Part shown: positions 29,826 through 32,440 of the stretch, piece after piece
Position numbering within the stretch: position 1 is the first letter of the stretch
How the letters are laid out: each line of letters opens with the position of its first letter
Assembly (NCBI RefSeq): GCF_001194135.2
Contig: NC_069004.1
Location: 2,486,359-2,518,798 of the forward strand
Origin: Octopus bimaculoides
Taxonomy: Eukaryota
Direction of reading: 5' to 3'
Length of the DNA stretch: 32,440 bases
The notes under the pieces: model-generated
Seen by the model: only the letters and a program-made list of their open reading frames with translations
Told to the model about the DNA's origin: nothing
Database searches by the model: none
Translations under genes and position numbers: made by a program

Positions 29826-31381
29826 ATGTCAAAAATTACCAGGTGCATTAAACAATACTCATCGTGTCGTTGGAGGTTATGCTATACTTGTTTAGCAGCT
29901 GTTCTCCTCTTAACAGCATTACGAGTTGACATTAGCATTGCTTTTGCTTGTATGCTGAAAACAACCAACAGTTCATTTCAAGAAGTTAATCATACTGGAA
30001 TAAAGGAAGAATGTCCAGGGTCGGAGAATCAGTTACCAGATAAAACATTTGAAGGCGAGTTCGAATGGAGTAACTCTTTACAGTCCCACATGNNNNNNNN
30101 NNNNNNNNNNNNNNNNNNNNNNNNNNNNNNNNNNNNNNNNNNNNNNNNNNNNNNNNNNNNNNNNNNNNNNNNNNNNNNNNNNNNNNNNNNNNNNNNNNNN
30201 NNNNNNNNNNNNNNNNNNNNNNNNNNNNNNNNNNNNNNNNNNNNNNNNNNNNNNNNNNNNNNNNNNNNNNNNNNNNNNNNNNNNNNNNNNNNNNNNNNNN
30301 NNNNNNNNNNNNNNNNNNNNNNNNNNNNNNNNNNNNNNNNNNNNNNNNNNNNNNNNNNNNNNNNNNNNNNNNNNNNNNNNNNNNNNNNNNNNNNNNNNNN
30401 NNNNNNNNNNNNNNNNNNNNNNNNNNNNNNNNNNNNNNNNNNNNNNNNNNNNNNNNNNNNNNNNNNNNNNNNNNNNNNNNNNNNNNNNNNNNNNNNNNNN
30501 NNNNNNNNNNNNNNNNNNNNNNNNNNNNNNNNNNNNNNNNNNNNNNNNNNNNNNNNNNNNNNNNNNNNNNNNNNNNNNNNNNNNNNNNNNNNNNNNNNNN
30601 NNNNNNNNNNNNNNNNNNNNNNNNNNNNNNNNNNNNNNNNNNNNNNNNNNNNNNNNNNNNNNNNNNNNNNNNNNNNNNNNNNNNNNNNNNNNNNNNNNNN
30701 NNNNNNNNNNNNNNNNNNNNNNNNNNNNNNNNNNNNNNNNNNNNNNNNNNNNNNNNNNNNNNNNNNNNNNNNNNNNNNNNNNNNNNNNNNNNNNNNNNNN
30801 NNNNNNNNNNNNNNNNNNNNNNNNNNNNNNNNNNNNNNNNNNNNNNNNNNNNNNNNNNNNNNNNNNNNNNNNNNNNNNNNNNNNNNNNNNNNNNNNNNNN
30901 NNNNNNNNNNNNNNNNNNNNNNNNNNNNNNNNNNNNNNNNNNNNNNNNNNCGTCGTTAGGACAATTCATATTTTTACCATTATCAGGAAAACTTGCAGAT
31001 GTTATACTTTCCAAGAATTATCTGTCAACTCGTTCAGTCCGAGTAATATTCCAGTCTATCTCTCTTGGTGGATCAGCATCTCTGCTTATTGTCATCGGAT
31101 TTCTGGAATGTGATCAGACTATTTTAACAGGAATCCTTTTTTTCCTCTCTGGCTGTGCCGTGGCATTTTATTCTGGCGGCTTCCTGGTAAACCATATCGA
31201 CGTTGCTCCCAGATATGCTGGAGTTTTATACGGATTTACCAATACATTTGCATCGATAAGTAGTATCTTATGCCCTTTAACGGTTAAAGCTCTCACACCA
31301 AACGGTACTCGAATCGAATGGCGAACAGTGTTGATCATGAGTGGCGCCTTCTCTTTCTGTGGTGCGTTGATTTTCGCGATA
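29826..31381 (+). CDS. SLC17-family transporter, copy 6 (subgroup B); gaps at 30093-30950 and 31382-31539, stop not located
   Basis: ATG 29826 MSKITRCIKQ...LRVDIS...EFEWSNSLQSHM. After the gap the frame reads SLGQFIFLPLSGKLADV...NHIDVAPRYAG...EWRTV...IFAI with no stops. Collinear with copy 5. Confidence 0.88.
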
Positions 31382-31609
31382 NNNNNNNNNNNNNNNNNNN
31401 NNNNNNNNNNNNNNNNNNNNNNNNNNNNNNNNNNNNNNNNNNNNNNNNNNNNNNNNNNNNNNNNNNNNNNNNNNNNNNNNNNNNNNNNNNNNNNNNNNNN
31501 NNNNNNNNNNNNNNNNNNNNNNNNNNNNNNNNNNNNNNNATATAAAAGAAATAACACAAGCGGGTTGATGTTCACTTCAGCTGCTTGACATGTTATTTAT
31601 TTATTGATG

Positions 31610-31615
31610 AATAAA
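31610..31615 (+). promoter_or_regulatory. Candidate polyadenylation signal AATAAA for copy 6, preceded by overlapping ATTTA motifs
   Basis: AATAAA just downstream of the last gap, with ttatttatttatt at ~31593-31605. The AT-rich background makes chance occurrence plausible. Confidence 0.3.
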
Positions 31616-32440
31616 ACAATTACATCATGAAAATTAAAAAAAAAACAACAAAACAAAAACGTTTTTTCAAGCTGAATTAAAACTTAAAATTAAAAATTGG
31701 TTTCAGAAAAAATATGAAGATATGGATTGTATGTTGATCTTCTGATTTTGGCAACAACTAAGGGAGAGAATCTGTACCGAAGCATAAGTGTATGCTTGTG
31801 TGGGTGTGTGTTTGTTTGTTAGTGTGTGTGTATTTATGCGTACGTGCATTTATGTATGTGTGTGTTTTTATACATATATAAACAGAAATGACTCTCACGA
31901 ATGCAGCATTAATTTTTTAGGTCGTTGAATTTTTCTCAACAGGCCAATAGACGGATTGAATAAACCTATCAACAATGAACCTATAATGATTACTGGAAAC
32001 AGCTGCTAGTCAAATTTACTGCAATAAAGAAAAATATTTAATGACCATTATTTATAACTTGCATCATATATGTATATAAATATATATTTTTATAACATTA
32101 AAATCCAATGCCTGTATTTTAGCGGAAGCTTTACAATGTGGAGAAAAATACTTCTCCCAAACAGGAGCTGTTAATTTGCACAGTTCCCTGCCATCGAACA
32201 TTCTCATTGGAAATTGCTAATTGACATTATCTATAAGTGTATTATTTATTTGATCATGGGACAACCGAATGCAAGCCTAATTTATTCTGATCCTTCCGCA
32301 ACTTTTTGACAAACTGGAATATACAAATATCGTCGACTGGTGAGATTGCCTCGTTTTTACATTCGCCTCGCTCCTACCTCTCTCATGACGGAATACTCAG
32401 CTTATGGAATACTTAATTAATATGATGATCCACATGTTTG

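Noticed and set aside
29245-29895. 216-aa ORF upstream of and overlapping copy 6, considered as a coding exon (GT at 29665, GAG at 29813, both phase 0)
   Set aside because: The homologous copy 5 region does not preserve the frame, donor or ATG; the splice sites are weak; the 3' part is microsatellite.
31540-31588. YKRNNTSGLMFTSAA* as the C-terminus of copy 6
   Set aside because: The frame across the gap is unknown and there is no similarity to other paralog tails.

Overview
AT-rich, microsatellite- and SINE-dense eukaryotic scaffold with 11 N-gaps. The SINE families and the gene family point to an octopod cephalopod, probably Octopus (inference). The window holds a tandem cluster of six SLC17 (sialin/VGLUT-like MFS anion transporter) paralogs, oriented + - - - - +. 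Where sequenced, each transmembrane core is a single exon. Copy 1 is cut by the window edge, copies 2 and 4 are intact, copy 3 is a pseudogene, and copies 5 and 6 are interrupted by gaps. Intergenic DNA contains tRNA-derived SINEs, a mariner relic, a Chapaev3-like (RAG1/Transib-related) transposase relic, two R4/Dong-like LINE fragments, and Penelope-like element (PLE) pieces. Main leads: (i) three different minimal type-I hammerhead ribozyme-like motifs, one as a direct-repeat pair with a non-canonical CUGUCGA core; (ii) every visible TM4 lacks the conserved Glu while TM1 has RxD, and pocket residues diverge between paralogs; (iii) patchwork 100%-identical tracts between inverted paralogs 5 and 6; (iv) a template-switch palindrome at a transposon deletion junction. 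No prokaryotic features, CRISPR arrays, rRNA or true tRNA genes were seen.
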